A stretch of DNA of 59,475 nt from Octopus bimaculoides. Taxonomy: Eukaryota. A program made the position numbers and the translations under genes. Numbering within the stretch: position 1 is the first letter of the stretch; each line of letters starts with the position of its first letter. The notes beneath the pieces are model-generated. The model was given only the letters and a program-made list of their open reading frames with translations. It was not told where the DNA came from and ran no database searches. The stretch lies in NCBI RefSeq assembly GCF_001194135.2, contig NC_068984.1:58790982-58850456 (forward strand), given 5' to 3'. Of this stretch, positions 47,392 to 59,297 are shown in pieces.

Positions 47392-47487
47392 GAAAGAGAG
47401 AGAGAAAAAGAGAGAGAGAGGGAAAGAGAGAGAGGGAGGGAGAGAGAGGGAGAAAGAGATTTATACAGAGAGAGAGAGAAACTTATA

Positions 47488-47532
<45 letters not shown>

Positions 47533-47562
47533 TTATACAAAGAGAGAGAGAGAGAGAGAGAG
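47392..47562. repeat. (AG)n polypurine tract with three internal (A/T)TTATACA interruptions
   Basis: Direct reading. Confidence 0.95.
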
Positions 47563-47975
47563 AATTTTGCAGAATACATACATTAAGATGGTTTGACGAT
47601 GGAAATTTTTATATTATATGATAAAAAAATTAAATTAAAGAGAATGTAAAAAAAGAAAATGAGAGCGAAAGTGAAAGCGAGTGAAAAGGAAAAACAAAAA
47701 CGAAAAAGATAGCTAGAAAGACAGAAGGAAAAAGTGAAAATAAAGAAGTTTATGTAAGCCTCGTTCTGAATATAACACTATGAATTATGAATAATTTTGT
47801 GCTGTTGAGTTTCGCTTCTGAGAAGATGCTTCTTTCTGTGATGATCATAGTAGGAATTGCATCTTACTTATAGCTGCTAGTACCGTAGTCGTACTAATAA
47901 CTGGTCAGCAGGAACCACCTCAAAGAGGCAAAATAGGCAGGGAAGAAGAGACGAAGAAGAAAACGAGTGACTTAC

Positions 47976-48013
47976 AACAGACACAACATTGGAAACTTCC
48001 TAATCAAAGACAT
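47976..48013 (-). CDS. Candidate first coding exon, MSLIRKFPMLCL + 2 nt (phase 2)
   Basis: ATG at 48013, consensus donor |gtaagt at 47975-47970, located in the CpG-retaining region about 35 nt downstream of a CGGAAG motif. Confidence 0.45.
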
Positions 48014-48039
48014 TCCAATAAGCTTGCCAATTAAACAAC

Positions 48040-48120
48040 GAGAATTTCTTCCGCTCGCTCTTTCTCTCCATCACACACACACGCATACACACACACATAT
48101 TCCCGGGATCCAAAGTAATT
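48040..48120 (-). promoter_or_regulatory. Candidate TATA-less promoter/TSS region
   Basis: ETS-like core CGGAAG (48048-48053, minus) and cccggg near 48103; CpG-retaining context. Confidence 0.35.
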
Positions 48121-48817
48121 TGCTAACGTGTTTATATTGTATATATTTAATGTGTTGATTTTTCTTTTTCATTCACTATTGAAGTGAGGTGGAAAGTAAC
48201 TCAAAAAACGATTCTTCACCACCAACGCATAACGACTTTAAAAAGAAAGAGAAGTAGAACCAGAATCGAAAGAGTAGGGATGACTGAATGGTCAGTATTT
48301 GGGTGAGATCGTTCATTAGATTATTAAACTGTTGACTTTTTCTTCTATCCCTGTATTCCTTTTCTTGGTCATTCATTTTTTTCAAGTCACTATTTTGTGG
48401 TCAGCCCAGGTTAAATAGTCTGGTGCTGTGTGATAACTAGTGGATAGATGCATGGATACTTCACAGATAGATATATTATATTCTGGCTTGGCATTAGAAT
48501 ATCACGGACTACTGAGGCTGAATTAAACTCTGGTGAGAGAACTGAGTTTTATATTTAAAGAACTTGCTGCGTTTATAAGGAGAGAGAGAGAGAGAAGAGG
48601 AAGGATATCAATCTAGATAGAATATCGTATATACATGAAATACGCATATATTTGATCAAACACATATAGTTCATCTATCTATACATACATATGTAGTTAA
48701 AGAGCGAGTATTCCTTAGCAGTCCTGTTCTTTTTTTTCTGTCTCTCCTCCCCTATTATCCCTGCTTCTCTTCTCTCGTTCTCTAACCCCCACCCTCTTTA
48801 TTCGTTCTGTGTCACAG

Positions 48818-49012
48818 TATCTTCACTGTCCGTCAGTGATGGTCCGGGAATACAATCGACCACTATCTCTGGTTGTCATGGCACTATTTTATTCATTTAT
48901 CATTTATTGAGCAAAGATGCTGCTGCTAACAAGGAAGAAGCTACGACCGAATTAGGCGCAAGGGAAAGAGAAGGGGGAAAAAGAAAAAGAAGAAGAGAGG
49001 GAAGAAAACAAC
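48818..49012 (+). CDS. Candidate 195-nt symmetric exon (phase 1-1) of a divergent plus-strand transcript; may be UTR or non-coding
   Basis: Pyrimidine tract of about 90 nt ending gtcacag|, donor |gtgagt, open frame SSLSVSDGPGIQSTTISGCHGTILFIYHLLSKDAAANKEEATTELGAREREGGKRKRRREGRKQ. Confidence 0.3.
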
Positions 49013-49400
49013 GTGAGTAGAGCAGAAAGTGAGTGGGATAAAAAGAGAAAAACAAAAAAGGACTATAGGAAGAAATAGAAAGAGAGAAAAAACGAGAGAA
49101 GGGGGGAGGAAAATAGTGAATCAAAGAAGAATGAAAGAGATAATAATAATTGTTATAACATTGTAAAAAGCAAGTCATGAGAGCACCGTTATCTTATTTA
49201 ATGTTGATGTAAGGCCGGGAATCTAAACGCAAGAACATACACACACATATATAATATAAATATTATTATATATTTACACTGAGTGGATTATTTAGTGAGA
49301 CAGGTGAGAGACGAAATTTTTAACAAGAACAACAGCTACAACGTTGAGAAAATCGCTTCTAAGATTTGTAGCTTTCGAGTCTTTCGCCTGTTATAACTTG

Positions 49401-50254
49401 NNNNNNNNNNNNNNNNNNNNNNNNNNNNNNNNNNNNNNNNNNNNNNNNNNNNNNNNNNNNNNNNNNNNNNNNNNNNNNNNNNNNNNNNNNNNNNNNNNNN
49501 NNNNNNNNNNNNNNNNNNNNNNNNNNNNNNNNNNNNNNNNNNNNNNNNNNNNNNNNNNNNNNNNNNNNNNNNNNNNNNNNNNNNNNNNNNNNNNNNNNNN
49601 NNNNNNNNNNNNNNNNNNNNNNNNNNNNNNNNNNNNNNNNNNNNNNNNNNNNNNNNNNNNNNNNNNNNNNNNNNNNNNNNNNNNNNNNNNNNNNNNNNNN
49701 NNNNNNNNNNNNNNNNNNNNNNNNNNNNNNNNNNNNNNNNNNNNNNNNNNNNNNNNNNNNNNNNNNNNNNNNNNNNNNNNNNNNNNNNNNNNNNNNNNNN
49801 NNNNNNNNNNNNNNNNNNNNNNNNNNNNNNNNNNNNNNNNNNNNNNNNNNNNNNNNNNNNNNNNNNNNNNNNNNNNNNNNNNNNNNNNNNNNNNNNNNNN
49901 NNNNNNNNNNNNNNNNNNNNNNNNNNNNNNNNNNNNNNNNNNNNNNNNNNNNNNNNNNNNNNNNNNNNNNNNNNNNNNNNNNNNNNNNNNNNNNNNNNNN
50001 NNNNNNNNNNNNNNNNNNNNNNNNNNNNNNNNNNNNNNNNNNNNNNNNNNNNNNNNNNNNNNNNNNNNNNNNNNNNNNNNNNNNNNNNNNNNNNNNNNNN
50101 NNNNNNNNNNNNNNNNNNNNNNNNNNNNNNNNNNNNNNNNNNNNNNNNNNNNNNNNNNNNNNNNNNNNNNNNNNNNNNNNNNNNNNNNNNNNNNNNNNNN
50201 NNNNNNNNNNNNNNNNNNNNNNNNNNNNNNNNNNNNNNNNNNNNNNNNNNNNNN
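49401..50254. other. Assembly gap (854 N)
   Basis: N run. Confidence 1.
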
Positions 50255-50285
<31 letters not shown>

Positions 50286-51148
50286 CAATTTTCTTCTTCC
50301 TCAAAATAAACCTTTAAATAATCGATTTGTGATAATCGATTTTTCAGGTAGTTTATTTTCTTCATAAGTCACCAATGCTCTTTTTATGGTTGTTATTACT
50401 TTTATTACTATTATTGTCGTTAAAAACACCTTAATGTTATTATTATTATCGGTACCATCGATGTCACCTTCTTTTCCCGATTCCTAGTTGTAGCCATTTC
50501 ACTTCATTGGTACCATTCAAGCCATTGGAAAAGGCATAAACTTCACAACATCTCAATTTGCCTTTCCGTTATGACTGACTGATTGATTGAAGTTTTGTGC
50601 AATATGCCTTTGAAGGAAATCAATTTGTATAGTTTGATCAGTCATCATCGCTTTTGCCGTTGTCACATCTCCGCCACCACTATTTAATATCTATCGTTTG
50701 GCAAATTGTTAGTTGTCAACTTGCAACAGGTTTACCATTAATCACCTGCGATAGTAAATGGTGATGATTATACAAGATGAGATGATAACCCTTAATGACT
50801 AACTTGCGCATTTATTACCGTAAATATTCTTGTGACTCTTACCAAAAACTGTTAAAACTACTATTAAACCTTGCTGACTGAACCGGTTTCATGACAATCA
50901 AGATATTCTACCACTAGGTTATTATCGATATAGTCTTCAAATTCAACTGCATCTTTTGGTTCTGCTGTTTAAGTATTATTTCTAGACAACTGGTAGGTAT
51001 AATATGAAAGACAAAAATTCCATATTCAAATATGTCTGTTATTAGTCGCACCTAATAACTAATTAATAAACATTTATCATTTGTAACAATGACTTTCAAG
51101 TAATAATAATAATCATGATGAGAGAAAGATAGATAGATAGATAGGTAG

Positions 51149-51180
<32 letters not shown>

Positions 51181-52654
51181 TCGGCTGTGAGTTGCACCAA
51201 AGATCTAAAGTAGTTGTGCGCGTGAAGAATAGTGTAATAACAGTACAGAGAGCAGTAACAAGTGTCCGCCTCTCTTCTTTGCAGTCTATGATAAAGATTA
51301 CCACTGCTTACCGAAGAATATTATCACATTCCCACCTCCACCTGGGTTTTAGACATAATGGCAGTCTATCCTTAATGGAGAAAACAGCCGTTCCAGTTCT
51401 TGGTTGGTCATTCACAGATTTTTTTTTCCCTTCTACTCTTTGATATGTGGCTAATTCTTTCTTTCTAGTTTCACTCTAATCTTTTCGTATTGTGCTTGTT
51501 TTATCGCTTTTCGTCTTTTTTTTTTTTTCAATTTTTTAAAAAATAAATTTTAAATCTCATCCTTCTTCCGCCATTTCTTCTTCTCTTCGATTCAATATCT
51601 TAAACTGTTTTTCAAATATCACTTAGTAATCGAAGAATGGCTACAAAAACAGGGTCCAATCTCCAAAGTAATATATTTCATATTGTGATCCCCGATTTCC
51701 TTGTCATCCATAACTTACGTATTACAGCATCTCTCTCTATTCTTTCTCTTCTTTTCTATTATTTCCCCAACCAATTTTCAGCAATTAATGCTCATTATAA
51801 ATTGTTAATGACAATCTTAAATGACAAACGAGTGATGATGTATTTACTTCGTTTCCTTTAAATCGTCATCTAGCTGCAATAACTACCCACTATATTTCGT
51901 GTTTGTACCTAAACGATATAAATCGTAGGCTCCACTTATTTATTAACGTCTTTTAAAAGTGTGAAGAAATAAAAATGCTGCAGCTGTCGAAGAATGATGC
52001 CAAGCAAACATACCTTGCAAACTTGCTTTATTAGCTTTAATCTCATTAATCTATGTTACTGAAAATCTCTCTCTCTCTCTCTCTCACTTCAGTTTATCTA
52101 TCACATCAAAACAAACACCTTTCTGTATACATATAAACATATGTATATTAGATAATTTGTTGTTTTTGAATCTGATCATATGGGAAGAGATAAAGAGAGC
52201 GATCACAATATCTTCTATCTTCTCTTGCTCTTAATTGAATGGGGGAGGGGAACAGAATGTTATATCCATGGTAACCTTTTCTACATTGTCTATATACACT
52301 TATTTGGTTTTTTTTGTTTTGTTTCGTTTTTCTGCATTTGCATCAAATTTTTTTTTTAATTATGTATTATAACTGACGAGCACCATTGGGAAAAGATAAG
52401 CATTCAGTATATCGATTCTGTGAGCCGGTTTCAATTCTCGATGAAGTGGTTGCACTGCACTTAGTTCTTTGTTGTGTCGTCACAACACTCCACTTGGTTT
52501 TCCCTTAAAGAGTTTTGGACCGAAGTCACTTAGTGGATATAGTGTAAGTTCCCATTTTGGTGACGAACCGATTTTGGTTCAAAGTTCGAATCACTACCTC
52601 ATTAATATTCTTTTAAAAGGAATAGGACGTCTCCACTCTTATATTGTCTCACCT

Positions 52655-52815
52655 GTAATTTTGGAACTTGGTGGTCAGAAACAATATAGTATTGGATTGT
52701 ATACTTTCAGCGTTCAGATATATTCTTTTATGTCCCGAGTTCAAATCCCGCTGGAGTAGTGGTATCGGTTTAATCGATTTTATTCTGTCCATATAGATTT
52801 GTGGCCTTGTGCCAA
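52655..52815 (+). mobile_element. SINE family C, diverged
   Basis: tgtcccgagttcaaatcccgctggag...gatttgtggccttgtgccaaaatt. Confidence 0.55.
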
Positions 52816-55474
52816 AATTATCAGCCGTTAGTATGACAGGCATGATTGCGTACCCCTAGAAAATGCTTGCTGGTGTTTAGTTTCGTTATTCAAAGTTCGA
52901 ATTCAATTCTTACTGGGATTAACTTTCACTTTCATCCATCTGAAATTAATGAAATAAAATACTAGGCAACTATTGGAAGGCATTCAATCAAATATACAAG
53001 TGTTGCATTGTCTCATAGTAAGAACTCATAATTTCTGAATCGGGGGAAGTGTTAATAATACACACAGTAGAGGGTTTTATAGTGTTCTGTTAGTAGATAA
53101 TTTATTTGGAGGAATGAAAAGGTGAAGCGACCCCATGAGGGATCAGAACCAGCTGTAAGGAAAGTAAAACATCCAGTTCCACTCTGTAACTGTCCTTCTT
53201 TACAGATATGTCTTGTGACTAGGCAATAGAAATCATTACTATTTACCTATTGGGAATTTATATTCATCTATTGGTGATTGATTATTGAAGAATAACTCAT
53301 TCATATCTCATTAGTCTTTCCAGTAGCTTCTCTTTGCTAAGGAGCACCATAAAGGTATGTGAGTAGATCACGTCAGAAAACCTTCCAAAAATGTCTCGCT
53401 TCCAATTTAGGGTTATTTACTCATGACTAAAAAGAACAACAGGTCTGACCAACCCTACTATAAGTGGCAGAAGGTTCTTTCCTGTGAATAGCGATAGGAT
53501 ATATGAGTGTAAGTCTGTACGAAGCGCGAGATTATATGTGATGTATACGTACAACACAGGTGAGTATATATTGAAAACACGCATACACACATTATTAATG
53601 CTTATTAATGAGTTAGGATATTTCAAAGAATGACTGCTTTATTTAATCTCTATATCTTTTCTTTAAATAATATGGATATTGTAAATGAAGAAGAAAAAAC
53701 ATGCTGCCCCTTTTTTTTTCTTCTGCAAATTCGCAAAAGAAGCAGGTGTATCCGCTACGGAACATTCTTCCTTCATTAAATAAACAAACCATTTTGTAAG
53801 AGATGAAGAAAAGGTGTGCTGTTCATTATTCGCTTCTTAATTCTTATTCAGTTCGCAGTAAACCTTTTGTTCGTTTTTATCTATTTTATCCCCACTCGAA
53901 AATTGTCTGGAAAGATTTTATATTGGTTTATCGAATTCTCCAGAAAACGTCACTTTTTACCCAACTGTCCGTCGGTCCATAAATCCAGATGACGAAATGT
54001 TAACATCTATTTTCTGTTTATAATTTTCTTTTAATGTATTCATTTTTTTACTGTTATAACTATTATTAAGCTTAGATAGTATGTCGACAATTCAGTCGAT
54101 ACCCAGGCAAAGTTATGACAGTATGTATGCATTCAGTATTGAAAACATTACACATCTTTCACTTTCTATAATGAAAATAGTTTGTATGAAGCAGTGAAAG
54201 TTTAAGTGTTGTACTTTTTCGCTTTATCTCAAAGTTTTGAATTCGGTCCACAAATATTAGTGTATACATACATGTTTCTATGTGGAATGGCATTTTCATC
54301 CTTAAAAATGAAGCAACAGCTTTTCAAATCTTACAGAAACGTTCTTTCAGGATTTCTTATCAGTTCTATAATGCAAGAATGTTTTCTCAATATTTTCAAT
54401 ACAAAGAATGACCAGGTACATAAATATATTTCGCTCTTATTTAAAGCTTTCATTTAAAGCTTATTTAAAGCTTGCATTTACATTTTCATCCTTAGGAACT
54501 GAATTCCAGTATTTCATTTTTCCAGAAATTGAAACAATACAATATTTATAGGTTTTCATTATTGAATACACATCATTACATGAATTATTTTGCGCCCGAA
54601 TGATTTATTTACAAAGAAGAAATTATTTTTGTTCCAGCATTGAGACAACAAAATACTTCGTAGTTTTGTTCTTGATTTCCAATTCACATTCCTCCGTGGG
54701 GTAGATAAATTAAATATCAGTAAGAGTTCAGTAGATTATAAATCAACTACCGAAGTCGATCTTGCGTCGTTGTAAGAAATCGTTATGCTTTGAGACATAA
54801 AGAATCGAAAAGATGGGCTCCCGGAAATTTTTTTTTTTTTTTTTTTTTTTAAGATTATAAGAAAGGCTGGGCTTGACTTCGATCGAGTGACTGAACTGAT
54901 CCTTCAGTTTAGGTTGTATGGGAGATTCACTCATTCACACGAATTCTAAGACGTATACTGCCCAGCGTTAAAGTGTTATTTTTTTTCTTTTCTAAATAGT
55001 TTATTACATCATTTATTATTATACCATTCATTCATAGCTATCCATCTACTTAATTGTAATAAATGCATTATTTCATGTGCATATTCAATGAAATAAATTA
55101 TATTTTAAATATTTATATCACTTATTATTATAATTCTTTACTTGTTGGAGATGGCTGAGATTATTAGATTATTGTGTCGGACAAATTTTAGCTCCAGTTT
55201 CAATTTCTAATTGATGCTACTCAACTTCTTTTTTGTCGCTAATATTCTGAAGAAAACGTAAACGTTTACTTTCCAATCTCCCACTCTCCTTAGAAGAAAA
55301 AAAAAAAAAAAGCAAACTAATTTTTTGTAATTTCTCCCCTCTCGATTTTGAGTTCGAACCGTGCCGGTGGTTTTCAATCTAACTATTATACTCGAAATTT
55401 GATCTTCTACATATTTGAAAGAATTCACGAATATCATTCCACAAGTTTTTCCCTACCCTCCTGCTTTTCTGGAT

Positions 55475-55526
<52 letters not shown>

Positions 55527-56351
55527 TACATTTGATTAATATGTATAACCTTCCTCACACTGGAAGCAGAGAAATTGTAACGATTTTGTTAATTCATTAT
55601 GTTAAAGAAAAATGGTGAGTTATTATTATCATTATTATTATATATTAATATTAAAAATAATCATATTGGTATCAGGTTTCGTCAAAGGGTCTTGCGAAAT
55701 CAATCTCGATAAATTTGGTCACATGAGTTTATATATTTTGATTACGTCTTACAATTTAATTGAGATTCTATTTCCTGTCAGTCAGTTTTACTCACTTGTC
55801 AGCTTTTGGGATTTTGCTGAATGATTTTTTTAAAAAATTTTCTCTTTTCTTCGTTTGTGTAATAAATTCTTTTGGTAAATTATACAAGGCACCTGGAAAT
55901 TTACATCGGAATTGATGAAATACCTCGTATTCTTTGCTGTCTCTTTTAATAACTGCTGTCATCATTGTATTCATGATCATCATCATTACCATCGTAGTCA
56001 CTTCAGCGTCCACCTCCTTCCTTTTTCTTTCTCAGTTTCAAAAGAGAACAATCATGATAATGATAATAATAATTATAATAATGATAATAATAGGATTTTA
56101 TTATTTGCCACAAGGGCCTCGAATGAGGTTACAAAGAGGAAACAAAAACCACAAGATGACAATTTCTCAACATTGTCACAAAGCCACACATTTTGGGAAC
56201 GGGTATAAGTCAGCTGAATCGATTTCTAGTACATATATATATATATCATTGTTGCTTCTTTTATCTACCCATGATTGTTGAAAGTCAATCCTGGAGTGAT
56301 GTGAACGGAAAACGTAAAGGGACGTAACAAAATGCCAAATATTAATTTATA

Positions 56352-56460
56352 ACGTAGGCAGAATGTCATAAATTATAAGGCAAGGGTATAATCGATGAAA
56401 TCGATCCATGTATTTGACTGGTATCGGAAAGAACGAATCAGAAATGATGTTGCTATCGTC
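56352..56460 (-). mobile_element. SINE family C, diverged
   Basis: aattataaggcaagggtataatcgatgaaatcgatccatgtatttgactggtatc. Confidence 0.55.
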
Positions 56461-56464
56461 ATTA

Positions 56465-57715
56465 AGGTGTGCCGGGCAAAATGCTGAGCGGTATTTCGTC
56501 CGTCCTTACGCTCTGAGTTCAAATTCCGTCGGGGGTCGACTTTGTTTGTCATCCTTTCGGGTTCGATAAAATAAGTACCAGTTAAACACTGGGTCGATGT
56601 AATCGATTTAGCCCTTCCCCAAAGCTGCTGACCTTGTGCCAAAATTTGAAACCATTATTACTAGGTGGCAGGCTGGCAGAATTGTCAGTATACTGCTCAA
56701 AATGTTTAATGATATTTCACCCGTCTCTACGTTCTGAGTTCAACTTCCTCTGAGGTCAAATTTGCCTTTTATCCTTTTGAGGTCGATAAATTAAGTACCA
56801 GTGAAACACTGGGGTCGATGTAATCAACTAGTCCCCTCCCCACAAATTTCAGACCTTGTACCTTTAGTAGAAATGATTATTATTATTAAGAAGGCAAACT
56901 GGCAAAATTGTTAGCACACAAGACAAAATGCTTAGCAGCAATTCTTCTTGCTTTATGCTTTCTGAGTTCAAATTTCGCCAAGGCCAACTTTGCCTTTCGT
57001 CCTTTCAGAGTCATAATTGATTAGCCACTCTCCCCCAAATTTTCAACCTTTGTGCCTATAGTAGAAAAAACTATTAGTGGTGTTGAGTGGGGGCTTTTTT
57101 GTGGCCCTTTACATTCTGAGTTTAAATCTTGTTGGGGTCAGCATTGCCTTTCATCCTTTCAAGAGTCAGTAAAATAAAGTACCAGTCAAATAGGTAGAGT
57201 GTATTAATTGACTCTCCCGCTCTTCAAAAATTGCTGGCCTTATACCAAAATTTGAAACCAATATCATAAGGTGGAAGCTGGTAGAATCACTAGCACATTT
57301 GATAAAATGCTTTGCCCTATTTCTTTTGGCTCAGTGTTCTGAGTTAAAATTTTGCTGAGCTGATCTTTCCCTGTCATTGTTTTGGGGTCTATAAAGTAAG
57401 TGCCGGTTAAGCATTAGGATCAATGTAATTGACTTACCGCTACCTCAAAATTGTTGGCCTTCTGCCAAGATTATTTGATATTTAAAGGTGGCGAGCTGAT
57501 AGAATCATTAACATGCTGGATAAAATGCTTAGCGGCTTTTCATCTGTCTTTATGTTCCGAGTTCAAATTCCACACAGGTCAACTTTGCTGTTCGTCTTTT
57601 CTGGATCAATAAATTAAGTACCAGTTGAGCACTTAGGTCAGTGCAATTGACTAATCCCCTCCCCACAAAATCTCAGGCCTTGTGCCTTTAGCAGAAAGGA
57701 TTGTTTGGCATTTAG
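56465..57715 (+). mobile_element. Head-to-tail array of about six SINE family C units (about 190-225 bp each)
   Basis: Recurrent tctgagttcaaatt...tttgcctttcatcctttc..gtcgataaattaagtaccagt...ggccttgtgcc; units start near 56465, 56662, 56890, 57080, 57270 and 57487. Confidence 0.9.
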
Positions 57716-57809
57716 TTTTAATTGTGGTGTGAATTGAAATCTCCAAATAATAGTAAATATTATGTGTGTTTTGTTTGCAAGATTCCTGATATGATCCCTG
57801 AAACAGATT

Positions 57810-58182
57810 TTATTGTCTCTTGGGAGAGTCATTATGCCAATAATAAACACACACACTGCTTCAACTTCACTTTCTTATTGTTCATCAGTTGTTTAGCTAT
57901 TTAACCAATGAACTAATCAATTGTTTGATTAATCATTCATTTAATCACTCAATCATTTAATCAAGACAGACTGGTAGCAGAGAAGGCATGTCATTAAAGG
58001 TTCTGTGAATGGCAACAAAAGAACTTTGGCAAACACAACTGATTCATTGTTTAACTGAATAATTAATCAAACAATCAATTAGTCAGTTAGTTAGCTATTT
58101 AACCAACAGATGAATGAGAACGAAGTGAAACTGAATCAGTGCATGTGTTTATTAGCATAATGATCCTCTTGAGATACAATAA
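57810..58182. repeat. Imperfect inverted repeat with arms of about 140 bp; MITE/foldback candidate
   Basis: tcattatgccaataataaacacacacactgcttcaacttcact... versus the reverse complement of ...agtgaaactgaatcagtgcatgtgtttattagcataatga. Confidence 0.8.
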
Positions 58183-58499
58183 CATAATAAATATAATTTT
58201 CATTAGTTTCCAAAATATGTGGCAATGTGCTTATGTAGCAAATCATTTTTCTTTCCACTATTATGATTTTGAAGGGATTCCCTTGGCATCTGGAAAGTGT
58301 TAGATTTCAAATATCACTAAGATCAATTTAGTCTTTTTATCTCTGTGGTTCTATATTTGTTGGTAAATGAATGAAACATTATCATACTGCACATCTTCCA
58401 TGTAATGCCATCTGTTTTATGAAAAAAGTGCTCTTGGGCCAAGTTAAAAGATATCATTATTACTACAGGTAACAACCAGCATTTATTTTGTGAAAGCAT

Positions 58500-58506
58500 G
58501 TGTATG

Positions 58507-58540
<34 letters not shown>

Positions 58541-58687
58541 CATATGTATATGTATACACACACACATATATATATATATCTAAACACACACACACACACA
58601 CATAAATATATATAAATTTTACACACGAATGCGTATATATATATACATATGTATAAATATATATGTATAAATATATATATATATTTT

Positions 58688-58730
<43 letters not shown>

Positions 58731-58812
58731 GAATAAATAAATATTTGTGTGTATATATATCTGTATACATATATACATATGTATATATGTGTATATATAT
58801 ATATATATATAT
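58500..58812. repeat. Mosaic (TA)n/(CA)n/(TATG)n microsatellite
   Basis: Direct reading. Confidence 0.95.
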
Positions 58813-59297
58813 TGATAAAAAATGCATGTGGTTGAGATGAGAAGGTAAATGGGATTCTTTGTATTTTATATCGGCAAATGTATGTATATGGCCCAGCGAA
58901 TACGATGCTTGTATGGGTATCTATAAATAATTCTGTGTATATGCTGTGACATATTGTACTGAAGATAACATGTTTTCATAACATTAAATTTCAAATCGTT
59001 TCATATACAATTAATCTAAATGTCTTCCTTATATTTTTGATCTGCTTCATTATAACATGTGCTAATGGAGTAGTGAGGTGGTTTTTGCAGAAATTTCACA
59101 TCTATTTATAGTGTAGAGGTGTGGTAAATCCACACCCTTTAATATAGTTACCTATATAATTACAAACTTGGAATAAAATATTACCTACAAGGTTTTTATT
59201 TCACACTTGCCACATAATGAAATCTTTAAAGTCATTTTATCCTAAATTCTTTATAAAGAAAAAAATATGTATATATATATATTTATATATATATATA

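Noticed and set aside
49336-50365. Long ORFs of 309-324 aa
   Set aside because: Artefacts of the 854-N gap
55792-56013. 73-aa minus-strand ORF (..DSKEYEVFHQFRCKFPGALYNLPKEF..)
   Set aside because: Starts in a GAT microsatellite; no splice or homology support
58323-58778. 151-aa Tyr/Ile-rich ORF
   Set aside because: Translation of the (TA)n mosaic
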